Source: an uncultured Rickettsiales bacterium
Lineage (GTDB): Bacteria > Pseudomonadota > Alphaproteobacteria > Rickettsiales > UBA1997
DNA length: 41,665 nt
Assembly (NCBI GenBank): GCA_937927795.1
Contig: CALBSF010000204.1
Location: 1 to 41,665, forward strand
Direction of reading: 5' to 3'
The notes beneath the pieces were generated by a model. That model saw only the letters and a program-made list of their open reading frames with translations, ran no database searches and was not told the origin of the DNA. Of the stretch, positions 18,606 to 25,549 are shown piece by piece (positions within the stretch are counted from its first letter, which is position 1; every line of letters starts with the position of its first letter). A program made the translations under genes and the position numbers.

Positions 18606-18967
18606 GAATCTGTTCGGTATGCAAAAGAGAAGCCGGCGGTTTTGGTTTTATTCCACCACCACTTCGAGCAAGTCATCCCGCTAACCGCAAGATGATGAAG
18701 TATTTCTGCTCCATGATATGCCAAGGAATTTATAGCAACGCTTACAAAGAAAATAATATGATCGACTTAACCAAAAATGAAAAAGAAGCCATTGAATCTG
18801 CATTGAAACCGCTTGGTGAATATGTGACGGAAATTGGTATGGATCGCCCAGTTTCAAGTTATTCAAGAGAAGAAGTTCTGTGCTTAATTGAAGTAGCTGT
18901 CACCGCTTATTTTGAGTTCATGCAAGGCAAAGCATCTGAAACAGAAATGTTGGAGGTGTCATGCTAG
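18602..18967 (+). CDS. Hypothetical phage protein with a Cys-containing N-terminus
   Basis: ATGA overlap with the helicase stop. 'MRICSVCKREAGGFGF...FCSMIC' suggests a small zinc-binding N-terminus. No firm family. Confidence 0.55.
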   Translation: MRICSVCKREAGGFGFIPPPLRASHPANRKMMKYFCSMICQGIYSNAYKENNMIDLTKNEKEAIESALKPLGEYVTEIGMDRPVSSYSREEVLCLIEVAVTAYFEFMQGKASETEMLEVSC

Positions 18968-19719
18968 ATTTTAATCACCGACCAAAAATTTCAGAGAAAA
19001 TAAATCTGCTGATTGATAAAGGGTTAACGGCAGAGCAAGCAAAACAAACAGCGCGCGATTATCTTGGTGCGTCAAGGCTTGGTGTGTCGTGTGATCGTGC
19101 TTTGCAGTTTGAATATACTGATGCTCCAAAAGATGAAGATCAAAATTTTACCGGAAAAACTTTAAGAATTTTTCAAGCCGGTCATGTTTTTGAAGAATTG
19201 ATGATCAAGTGGTTAAGACTTGCTGGCATCAATCTCATTACTCAAAAACAAAACGGAAATCAGTTTGGATTTTCTGTTGCTGGCGGCAAAGTCAAAGGAC
19301 ACATTGACGGCGTTATTGTTGATGCCCCTGAAGATTTAGAATTCAATTTTCCAATGTTATGGGAGTGCAAATCTCTCAATGATAAATCTTGGAAGGATGT
19401 TGTTAAGAAAGGTCTTGTTGTTTCAAAGCCAATTTATGCCGCACAAGTCGCAATCTATCAGGCTTACATGGAAAGCCAAATTGAAGGCATTTCTAAAAAT
19501 CCCGCACTCTTTACTGCAATCAATAAAGACACAGCGGAAATTCATTTTGAACTAATTCCTTTTGATCAGGAACTCGCACAAAAAAGCAGTGATCGAGCGG
19601 TAAAAATTTTATGCGCTACCGAAGCGCACGAATTACTTCCAAGAATTGCAACTGATTCCACACACTTTGAGTGCAAATTCTGTCCTTGGCAGGAGCGTTG
19701 CTGGAGGTTGAATGTATGA
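18961..19719 (+). CDS. PD-(D/E)XK nuclease, Cas4/RecB-like with a predicted Fe-S cluster
   Basis: 'GHIDGVIVD...MLWECKSL' gives a D...E-x-K catalytic core. An N-terminal Cys ('GVSCDR') plus C-terminal 'CKFCPWQERC' (C-x2-C-x5-C) is the four-Cys arrangement of Cas4/AddB-type nucleases. Confidence 0.75.
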   Translation: MLDFNHRPKISEKINLLIDKGLTAEQAKQTARDYLGASRLGVSCDRALQFEYTDAPKDEDQNFTGKTLRIFQAGHVFEELMIKWLRLAGINLITQKQNGNQFGFSVAGGKVKGHIDGVIVDAPEDLEFNFPMLWECKSLNDKSWKDVVKKGLVVSKPIYAAQVAIYQAYMESQIEGISKNPALFTAINKDTAEIHFELIPFDQELAQKSSDRAVKILCATEAHELLPRIATDSTHFECKFCPWQERCWRLNV

Positions 19720-21836
19720 ACCAACTTCTAGATTTTAACAGTGCCGATAATCAACAAAAAGAAAATGTAAAAATTGATGTCGAATTAATCAGACAAGCTC
19801 TTCTTAACAGAATCGAAGATGTTTTATTTTATCTTTTGCCAAATGGTCACATTAAAAATAACTGCTTTCATATTGGTAGCATCAAAGGTGAAGCGGGAAA
19901 AAGTTTAATCGTTCAGCTTGCTGGTGAAAAACAAGGACAATGGTTTGATTTCGCTGAAAATAAAGGCGGCGATATTTTTACGCTTTGGGAAGAAGTCAGC
20001 GGTTATCACAAATCCGATTTTAACAAACTACTTGCTGAAATTAGTCAGTGGCTTGGCAGCCCTGTCTCACCTGAAGTTCAGCAAAAAACTGTTAAGCGTA
20101 GTTTTACCGATGACCTTGGCAAACCAACTGCCAAGTGGGATTATTTCGACAAAAACAATAAGCTGATTGCCTGCATTTATCGATACGACACCGAAGATGG
20201 AAAAGAATTCAGAGTTTGGGATGTTAAAAATAGAAAAGCCAAATCACCTGATCCACGACCGCTTTACAACATTCCAGCAATCACCTCTGCCAAAAGAATC
20301 ATCTTAGTTGAAGGTGAAAAATCTGCTGACGCTTTGATTGCTTATGGACTTACTGCTACAACCGCAATGTTTGGTGCAAACGCACCAATTAACAAAACTG
20401 ACTGGTCGCCACTAATTGGCAAAGAAGTGATAATCTGGCCGGACAATGACGAAGCCGGAGTTGAGTATGGCGGGAAAGTTGCTGCTCATCTGCTTAAAGT
20501 CGCTTCTTTTGTTTCGCTTATCACACCACCAAAACACAAACCTCATAAATGGGATGCGGCAGATGCAGTTGCTGAAAGTTTTAACATCAATTCACTTTTT
20601 GAAACTGCTAAAAGTTTTGAGCAAAGATTTCCACGCTATCTCGGCGATGATTTCTGGAATGATAACAGCCCGATGCCTGATGATTTGATCTCACCAAGAT
20701 TTTTAACACCGCGCGGAATGCTTTTAATCGGTGGCGCACCGAAGGTTGGTAAGAGTGATTTTCTGATTAATTTTTTAATGCACATCGCAGCTGGCGAAAG
20801 TTTTCTAGGATTAAAACCACCAAAACCACTTCGTGTTTTTTATCTGCAGTCAGAGATCAGCTATCACTATTTGCGTGAACGCATCAAGAAATTACAAATC
20901 CCAAAAGATATTCTCCATCGCGGATTAAAAAATTTTTGTGCAACACCTCAGATCGAATCAATTTTAAATGATCATGGCGTAGAGCTGGCTTACAACACCA
21001 TTAGAAATTGTTTTGGTGACGACATTCCACCTGACATTTTATGTATTGATCCGATTCGAAATGTCTTTGATGGCGGTAATGAAAATGGCACAGAGAATGA
21101 TAATAACGCCATGCTGTTTTTCTTACAAAACAGAATCGGAAAACTCAGATCAATGGTCAGCCCTGACATGGGAATTATTCTATGTCATCACACCAGAAAA
21201 ATAAAAAAGAAAGATGTCGAGGATGATCCATTCCAAGCCTTCTCAGGTGCCGGAAGTTTAAGAAGTTTTTACACTAGTGGATTAATTCTTCACCGCCCTA
21301 ATGAGCATGAGTCAAAAATTAATCTTTATTTTGAACTTCGAAACGGCAGCGCAATTCCAAAAAAGATCGTTGAAAAAGTTGATGGAAAATGGGTTGAGTT
21401 AAATCCGTTTTCAGAAAGATTAATTCAGCAAGATTATGGTCAGAAACTCGATGCAGAAAGAGTTCGTAAAGCAGATGTTATTTTACAACTCATTGCCGAT
21501 GAAGCTCTCAAAGGCAAAGTTTATATTGTAAACCAATTCGCTGAAAAATTTGAAAATAGAGCTGGCCTTGGATGCAAAACAACTATTGGTGACAGAATTT
21601 CAGTCCTTGCCACTAAAGGCTACATCAAATTCAACCGCAACCTATCTGAGTTCAAAGCAGAAAAAGCAAAATCAAAATACGGCATACTTTGTGTTGAAGG
21701 CATGCTGTTTAAAAATCAGGATGAGCAACTAATACCAGTTCTTCCAACCCACTTTAAATGCTCTACCAGTGGCGCTGTTCTTCCAGTTGAAAATCCTACT
21801 ATTTGGATTCTTCACGATGAGGAGGTGCAGTCATGA
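19716..21836 (+). CDS. Toprim primase fused to a RepA/DnaB-like P-loop helicase (replication initiator)
   Basis: I chose the start at ATG 19716, with a GGAGG SD at 19703. Toprim 'ILVEGEKSADAL' and 'IIWPDNDEAG'. Walker A 'GGAPKVGKS' and Walker B 'ILCIDPI'. Confidence 0.85.
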   Translation: MNQLLDFNSADNQQKENVKIDVELIRQALLNRIEDVLFYLLPNGHIKNNCFHIGSIKGEAGKSLIVQLAGEKQGQWFDFAENKGGDIFTLWEEVSGYHKSDFNKLLAEISQWLGSPVSPEVQQKTVKRSFTDDLGKPTAKWDYFDKNNKLIACIYRYDTEDGKEFRVWDVKNRKAKSPDPRPLYNIPAITSAKRIILVEGEKSADALIAYGLTATTAMFGANAPINKTDWSPLIGKEVIIWPDNDEAGVEYGGKVAAHLLKVASFVSLITPPKHKPHKWDAADAVAESFNINSLFETAKSFEQRFPRYLGDDFWNDNSPMPDDLISPRFLTPRGMLLIGGAPKVGKSDFLINFLMHIAAGESFLGLKPPKPLRVFYLQSEISYHYLRERIKKLQIPKDILHRGLKNFCATPQIESILNDHGVELAYNTIRNCFGDDIPPDILCIDPIRNVFDGGNENGTENDNNAMLFFLQNRIGKLRSMVSPDMGIILCHHTRKIKKKDVEDDPFQAFSGAGSLRSFYTSGLILHRPNEHESKINLYFELRNGSAIPKKIVEKVDGKWVELNPFSERLIQQDYGQKLDAERVRKADVILQLIADEALKGKVYIVNQFAEKFENRAGLGCKTTIGDRISVLATKGYIKFNRNLSEFKAEKAKSKYGILCVEGMLFKNQDEQLIPVLPTHFKCSTSGAVLPVENPTIWILHDEEVQS

Positions 21837-21844
21837 AAAAATCA

Positions 21845-22039
21845 AGATTCCAAGATTCCAAATCTAGATTCCAAGATTCCAGAAAAACTGGCTTGATCCT
21901 TACTCTCGCAAAAGATTCCGCCAAGATTCCAAAATTAAAAATTTGGAAAAATGTTCAAACTCTGCAAAGCCTTGATACACAAGGCTCAAACCTAGATTCC
22001 AAGATTCCAAAACTGCTGCAAAAAAATTTCAAGATTCCA
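21845..22039 (+). repeat. Iteron-like array of nine copies of AGATTCC(A/G), mostly as tandem doublets
   Basis: Copies start at 21845, 21853, 21866, 21874, 21913 (AGATTCCG), 21924, 21994, 22002 and 22032. The array lies directly downstream of the primase-helicase gene. Confidence 0.85.
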
Positions 22040-22101
22040 AACAGGCTAAACTTAATACCAGCCTATCTTTGGGAGTTCTTTTTAAGATTAGAACCTGCAC
22101 C

Positions 22102-22152
22102 CCCTCCATATACTATGGAGGGTATAGATACCCTCCAAGTATAAAATGGAGG
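22102..22152. promoter_or_regulatory. Two GC-cored inverted repeats next to the iterons (putative origin structure or terminator)
   Basis: IR1 is ccctccata-tac-tatggaggg (22102-22122), a perfect 9-bp stem. IR2 is cctcca-N9-tggagg (22132-22152). Confidence 0.5.
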
Positions 22153-22206
22153 TGACAAATTTTGGTCGTCTCCTCGGATTTTTAAAAAAACAAAAACGAG
22201 GAAAAA

Positions 22207-22686
22207 ATGAACAACAAAAAAATTTTAGCTCTTGATCTCGGAACAAAAACCGGATGGGCAATCAAATCAAAAAATCAAATTACCAGCGGCACTGTCGAAT
22301 TTAAACCAAGCAGGTTTGAAGGTGGTGGAATGCGTTATATTCGTTTTCAAAAATGGCTTGAAGAAATCAACCAACTTACAAACGGAATTGATCAGGTTTA
22401 TTTTGAAGAAGTCAGAAGACATATGGGAGTTGATGCCTCACACGCTTACGGCGGATTTTTAGCTTATTTGACAGGATGGTGTGAAGAAAAAAATCCAAAA
22501 ATTCCTTATCTCGGCATTCCTGTTGGCACAATCAAGAAGCACATAACAAGCAAAGGCAATGCCGGAAAATCGGAAATCATAAAAGAGATAAAAAAACTCG
22601 GTTTCAACCCATCTGATGATAACGAAGCCGATGCTCTGGCATTGCTTGATCTAGTGATCAAAAAAATTGACGGAGGTTTGTTATGA
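22207..22686 (+). CDS. RuvC-like Holliday-junction resolvase
   Basis: 'ILALDLGTKTGWA' holds the first catalytic Asp. 'VYFEEV' and 'DNEADALALL' form the C-terminal acidic catalytic motif of the RuvC fold. Confidence 0.8.
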   Translation: MNNKKILALDLGTKTGWAIKSKNQITSGTVEFKPSRFEGGGMRYIRFQKWLEEINQLTNGIDQVYFEEVRRHMGVDASHAYGGFLAYLTGWCEEKNPKIPYLGIPVGTIKKHITSKGNAGKSEIIKEIKKLGFNPSDDNEADALALLDLVIKKIDGGLL

Positions 22687-22895
22687 CCGACAAAAACCCG
22701 CTCAAATGCAATCTTGGTCGCATGCAACCAAAGCAAATTGATGCAGAAAAAATCAAACGCGAGGCTTGGGGCAATGACGGAATTTTAGTCATCAAAGCTG
22801 ATGATGAAAGACTGAGCTGGCCTGAGAAAGAGCTGATCAAGCAAATTGGCAATAAAATTTACAACAACAAAAAAGGAGATTCGCATGGAAAATAA
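22683..22895 (+). CDS. Hypothetical small phage protein (70 aa)
   Basis: GGAGG SD and ATGA overlap with the resolvase stop. No motif. Confidence 0.5.
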   Translation: MTDKNPLKCNLGRMQPKQIDAEKIKREAWGNDGILVIKADDERLSWPEKELIKQIGNKIYNNKKGDSHGK

Positions 22896-23292
22896 AGAAA
22901 AAATCTGGACGGAAGAAATGGTCGTTGCCGCTTTTGAAGAAGCGATCAGAACAATTAAAAAATTACCCTCAGCAAAGTTGCGTGATTATTTCACAAGCTG
23001 GCCACAAGTGATTTACAAAGAAATTGAAATTTTACGCATGGATCAAAAGCCAAAGAAATGGCCTGCAACACCTGAAGCAATTTCACGAATGGAAAAAGTT
23101 TGTGGTTGGATTTTCTTTTTAGAAGAAGTTGAAGAGCGCAAGATCATCTGGCTTCGCGCGGCACGAACCCCTTGGAAATTGATTTGTGGTGAATTTTGTA
23201 TTTCACGAGCAACTGCAAATCGAAAATGGAAAAATGCTATACGCACAATTACGCAGAATTTAGCACAATTACCTTTAACGACACAAAGCTAA
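22885..23292 (+). CDS. Hypothetical phage protein with a C-terminal HTH-like segment
   Basis: I chose the start at ATG 22885, with an AAAGGAG SD. 'WLRAARTPWKLICGEFCISRATANRKWKNAIRTI' looks like an HTH. It resembles a DUF6362-type phage protein from memory; unverified. Confidence 0.5.
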   Translation: MENKEKIWTEEMVVAAFEEAIRTIKKLPSAKLRDYFTSWPQVIYKEIEILRMDQKPKKWPATPEAISRMEKVCGWIFFLEEVEERKIIWLRAARTPWKLICGEFCISRATANRKWKNAIRTITQNLAQLPLTTQS

Positions 23293-23376
23293 AAAAGCGT
23301 TAGACATTTGAGACATTTTCGGGGACTATGTTTAGCAAGAGTCGAAAAGTGTGTTTAAGAAAATCACTTGAAAGAA

Positions 23377-23967
23377 ATGGCAATCATTAGCCTTCAAATT
23401 AAGAGCAAGGCAAGTGATGAGCTTGCTAACATTGCAAAAAAACATATCCCCTTTGCAGTTGCAAAAACACTGACGCAAATAGCGCAACAAAGTCAGGAAG
23501 AAGTTAGAAAAAATATTCGTGAGAAATTTTTTATCAGAAAAAAATCAGGCGGTTTTGAAAGTTCAATTCGAATCAAGCCGGCAACAAAAACAAAATTAAC
23601 TGCCGAAGTTTATACGATGGCTGCCTTTGCAGCACTGCAACAAACAGGCGGTGTTAAACAAGCAAAAGATGGACGGCTTGCAATCCCCTCTTATCAAGCA
23701 ATCAGTCAAGTAAAGAAGAGAAGCGATTCAAACAGTCCATCGTCCTATCTCGCAGGCGATGCGTTTAAGATTAAAACAAAAACAGGCGCAGACGCTATTG
23801 CGCAGCGTAAAGGTAAGGAATTAAAAATCCTCTTCTTCTTGCGTAAGAGCGCGCACATCGACAAGAGATTAGATATGATTGAAATAACCACCAAAACAGT
23901 AAAAGATCGCTTTGACGCGCAGCTAAAGGGCAATGTGAGCGAGGTATTAAATCAAAAGGTACTGTGA
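23377..23967 (+). CDS. Hypothetical phage protein (196 aa)
   Basis: I prefer ATG 23377 to TTG 23368. Clean ORF with no firm family. Confidence 0.55.
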   Translation: MAIISLQIKSKASDELANIAKKHIPFAVAKTLTQIAQQSQEEVRKNIREKFFIRKKSGGFESSIRIKPATKTKLTAEVYTMAAFAALQQTGGVKQAKDGRLAIPSYQAISQVKKRSDSNSPSSYLAGDAFKIKTKTGADAIAQRKGKELKILFFLRKSAHIDKRLDMIEITTKTVKDRFDAQLKGNVSEVLNQKVL

Positions 23968-23978
23968 CGCACTTTTTT

Positions 23979-24010
23979 TCGCGGGTAACGCGCGACCCCG
24001 CGACATTTTT
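23979..24010 (+). terminator. Putative intrinsic terminator
   Basis: The GC-rich stem tcgcggg (23979-23985) pairs with cccgcga (23997-24003) across an 11-nt loop. It is followed by cattttt and preceded by a T7 run. Confidence 0.45.
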
Positions 24011-24030
24011 AGCGGCAAAATTTTTAAAAG

Positions 24031-24129
24031 GGTGCGCAGTTGGTGCGCATTTTTAAGTTCTAATCAATAAACAACAGCATTCGCAAGGTGCGCACCTGAA
24101 GCAATTTAGGTGCGCATTTTTTTTGCGCA
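24031..24129 (+). promoter_or_regulatory. Array of GGTGCGCA repeats (four copies) plus one TGCGCA, upstream of the C5-methyltransferase
   Basis: GGTGCGCA occurs at 24031, 24042, 24087 and 24109. TGCGCA occurs at 24124. The copy at 24087-24096 is a perfect 10-bp palindrome, GGTGCGCACC. Three copies are followed by T-runs. Confidence 0.6.
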
Positions 24130-24147
24130 TTTTTTAAGAAAGATTAC

Positions 24148-25548
24148 GTGTGGATTTACATCCCTTCAGAATTTTATCCCTCTGTTCAGGAGTTGGAGGC
24201 ATCGAGCTTGGATTTAAGCTCGCAGAGCCAACTGCTCGAACAGTCTGTTATGTCGAGATCGAAGCCTTTGCGTGCGAAATCTTGGCTCGCCGCATGGAAG
24301 AGAAAAGATTGGATGCAGCGCCTATTTGGACGAATCTTAAAACCTTCAATGGCAGACCTTGGCGCGGCAAAGTGGATTGCATCACTGGCGGATATCCCTG
24401 CCAGCCGTTTAGTGTTGCTGGAAAAAAACTTGGCACAAACGACCCAAGACACCTCTGGCCAGACATCAAACGACTCATCACAGAAATCGAGCCACCAATC
24501 TGCTTCTTTGAAAATGTCTCCAACCATTTACGAGTTGGATTTGAAGAAGTCGCAAATGACCTACGACAAATGGGTTACAAAATTAAGGCAGGCTTGTTTA
24601 CAGCGCAGGAAGTTGGTGCTCCTCACCAAAGAGAAAGATTATTTATCCTGGCCTACAGTGATAGTTTCGGATCATCTTTGCAATCCGACAGAAACACCTC
24701 AACGCTGGAAAGAAAGAGCGCAGGAGAAAAAAGCAGAAGGAATCAATTTACACAAACCTCTGAGGATTGTTGCTCAGGAAGCATGGCCGACAATAACAGT
24801 GACCGATGCTTCGGTGATGAAAGCAAGACCACCGGAAAAAATGATCAGGAAAGATGGTCGCAACACGTTGAGGAATCCATCTCTGGCGGAAACAATTTTG
24901 CAGCCACAGGATTTTCCAAAGAGCAAAACGGATTTACAGAACAAGATTCAAGGTTTGCCTTACCAGACGAAGAAAGTCTGGCCAACTGTGACAACCCAAG
25001 ACTACAAGAAACGCGGACCGAATTCGATTCAACAAGGATTGCACGAGGAAAGCAGGAACTGGCCGACAGTCAGAACTTCATCTGCAAATGGTGCGAGCAA
25101 GAAAGAAATCGAGATGGGGAATCCAAAGCAGAGGCTGGAAGTTATGATAACGAACTGGCCGACTCCGAGAGCTCAGGAGCCAGGAAGCACGAGCGAGAAT
25201 TATGGCAAGGGTCTGAAAAATACAGCAATCAATTGGTTAACCCCAACTGTGTCAGATTCGGAAGCGGGTTTCAAAGAGAGAACTGGCGACAACATAATGA
25301 TGAGACTTCAGGATCAATCACTGAGAACGACAAAGCAATTTTCGGATGGCCGCCAAGTCCCTCAGATTATGAAAGATGGAACAGAGTCCCAAATCACCTT
25401 AAACCCGCGCTTCACCGAATGGCTGATGGGATGGCCTGTCGGGTGGACAGAATTCGAGCTTGCGGAAACGGAGTGGTTCCACTGGTTGCGGCTTATGCGT
25501 GGCGAACTCTTACGAATGGAATGTATCTTACAAAAGACAATTAACTGA
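24148..25548 (+). CDS. Second full-length ORF in the +1 frame of the methyltransferase gene (WPT-repeat protein ending in 'NPRFTEWLMGWPVGWTE')
   Basis: It is open for 466 codons on the same strand. Its 3' two-thirds contain six 'W(P/L)T' repeat units (SWPTVIVSD, AWPTITVTD, VWPTVTTQD, NWPTVRTSS, NWPTPRAQE, NWLTPTVSD) and a C-terminal motif that I recall from phage methylase-type proteins. The true start is unknown; one candidate is ATG 24556, and frameshifting is an alternative. The 5' third looks non-coding. Confidence 0.4.
   Translation: MWIYIPSEFYPSVQELEASSLDLSSQSQLLEQSVMSRSKPLRAKSWLAAWKRKDWMQRLFGRILKPSMADLGAAKWIASLADIPASRLVLLEKNLAQTTQDTSGQTSNDSSQKSSHQSASLKMSPTIYELDLKKSQMTYDKWVTKLRQACLQRRKLVLLTKEKDYLSWPTVIVSDHLCNPTETPQRWKERAQEKKAEGINLHKPLRIVAQEAWPTITVTDASVMKARPPEKMIRKDGRNTLRNPSLAETILQPQDFPKSKTDLQNKIQGLPYQTKKVWPTVTTQDYKKRGPNSIQQGLHEESRNWPTVRTSSANGASKKEIEMGNPKQRLEVMITNWPTPRAQEPGSTSENYGKGLKNTAINWLTPTVSDSEAGFKERTGDNIMMRLQDQSLRTTKQFSDGRQVPQIMKDGTESQITLNPRFTEWLMGWPVGWTEFELAETEWFHWLRLMRGELLRMECILQKTIN
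24150..25544 (+). CDS. DNA (cytosine-5)-methyltransferase
   Basis: Motif I 'LCSGVGGIELG', motif IV 'GGYPCQPFSVAGK', motif VI 'FENV', motif VIII 'APHQRERLFILA', motif X 'RVDRIRACGNGVVPLVA'. The start is GTG as given in the ORF track. The middle ~220 codons are low-complexity and charged. Confidence 0.85.
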   Translation: MDLHPFRILSLCSGVGGIELGFKLAEPTARTVCYVEIEAFACEILARRMEEKRLDAAPIWTNLKTFNGRPWRGKVDCITGGYPCQPFSVAGKKLGTNDPRHLWPDIKRLITEIEPPICFFENVSNHLRVGFEEVANDLRQMGYKIKAGLFTAQEVGAPHQRERLFILAYSDSFGSSLQSDRNTSTLERKSAGEKSRRNQFTQTSEDCCSGSMADNNSDRCFGDESKTTGKNDQERWSQHVEESISGGNNFAATGFSKEQNGFTEQDSRFALPDEESLANCDNPRLQETRTEFDSTRIARGKQELADSQNFICKWCEQERNRDGESKAEAGSYDNELADSESSGARKHERELWQGSEKYSNQLVNPNCVRFGSGFQRENWRQHNDETSGSITENDKAIFGWPPSPSDYERWNRVPNHLKPALHRMADGMACRVDRIRACGNGVVPLVAAYAWRTLTNGMYLTKDN

Positions 25549-25549
25549 T

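Noticed and set aside
21833-22144. 103-aa ORF overlapping the primase-helicase stop codon
   Set aside because: Its repeated 'SRFQDS' / 'DSKIPKL' peptides are simply the translation of the AGATTCCA iteron array. I treat the region as a non-coding origin-like repeat rather than a protein gene.
24186-24527. Two minus-strand ORFs (113 aa and 91 aa) inside the 5' part of the C5-methyltransferase gene
   Set aside because: The region is locally GC-rich and poor in stop triplets, so extra frames stay open. These translations carry no motifs. Unlike the same-strand +1 frame, they are short.
24148-25548. Simple explanation of the double ORF as a sequencing frameshift that splits one canonical methyltransferase
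   Set aside because: I have not fully excluded this, but it is insufficient on its own. The 24150 frame already contains all the core motifs I could identify (I, IV, VI, VIII, X) in the correct order without any shift. The GWT motif of the other frame ends only 14 nt before the GNG codons, too close to be joined in a canonical single-frame arrangement. An indel would not explain why both frames are completely stop-free.
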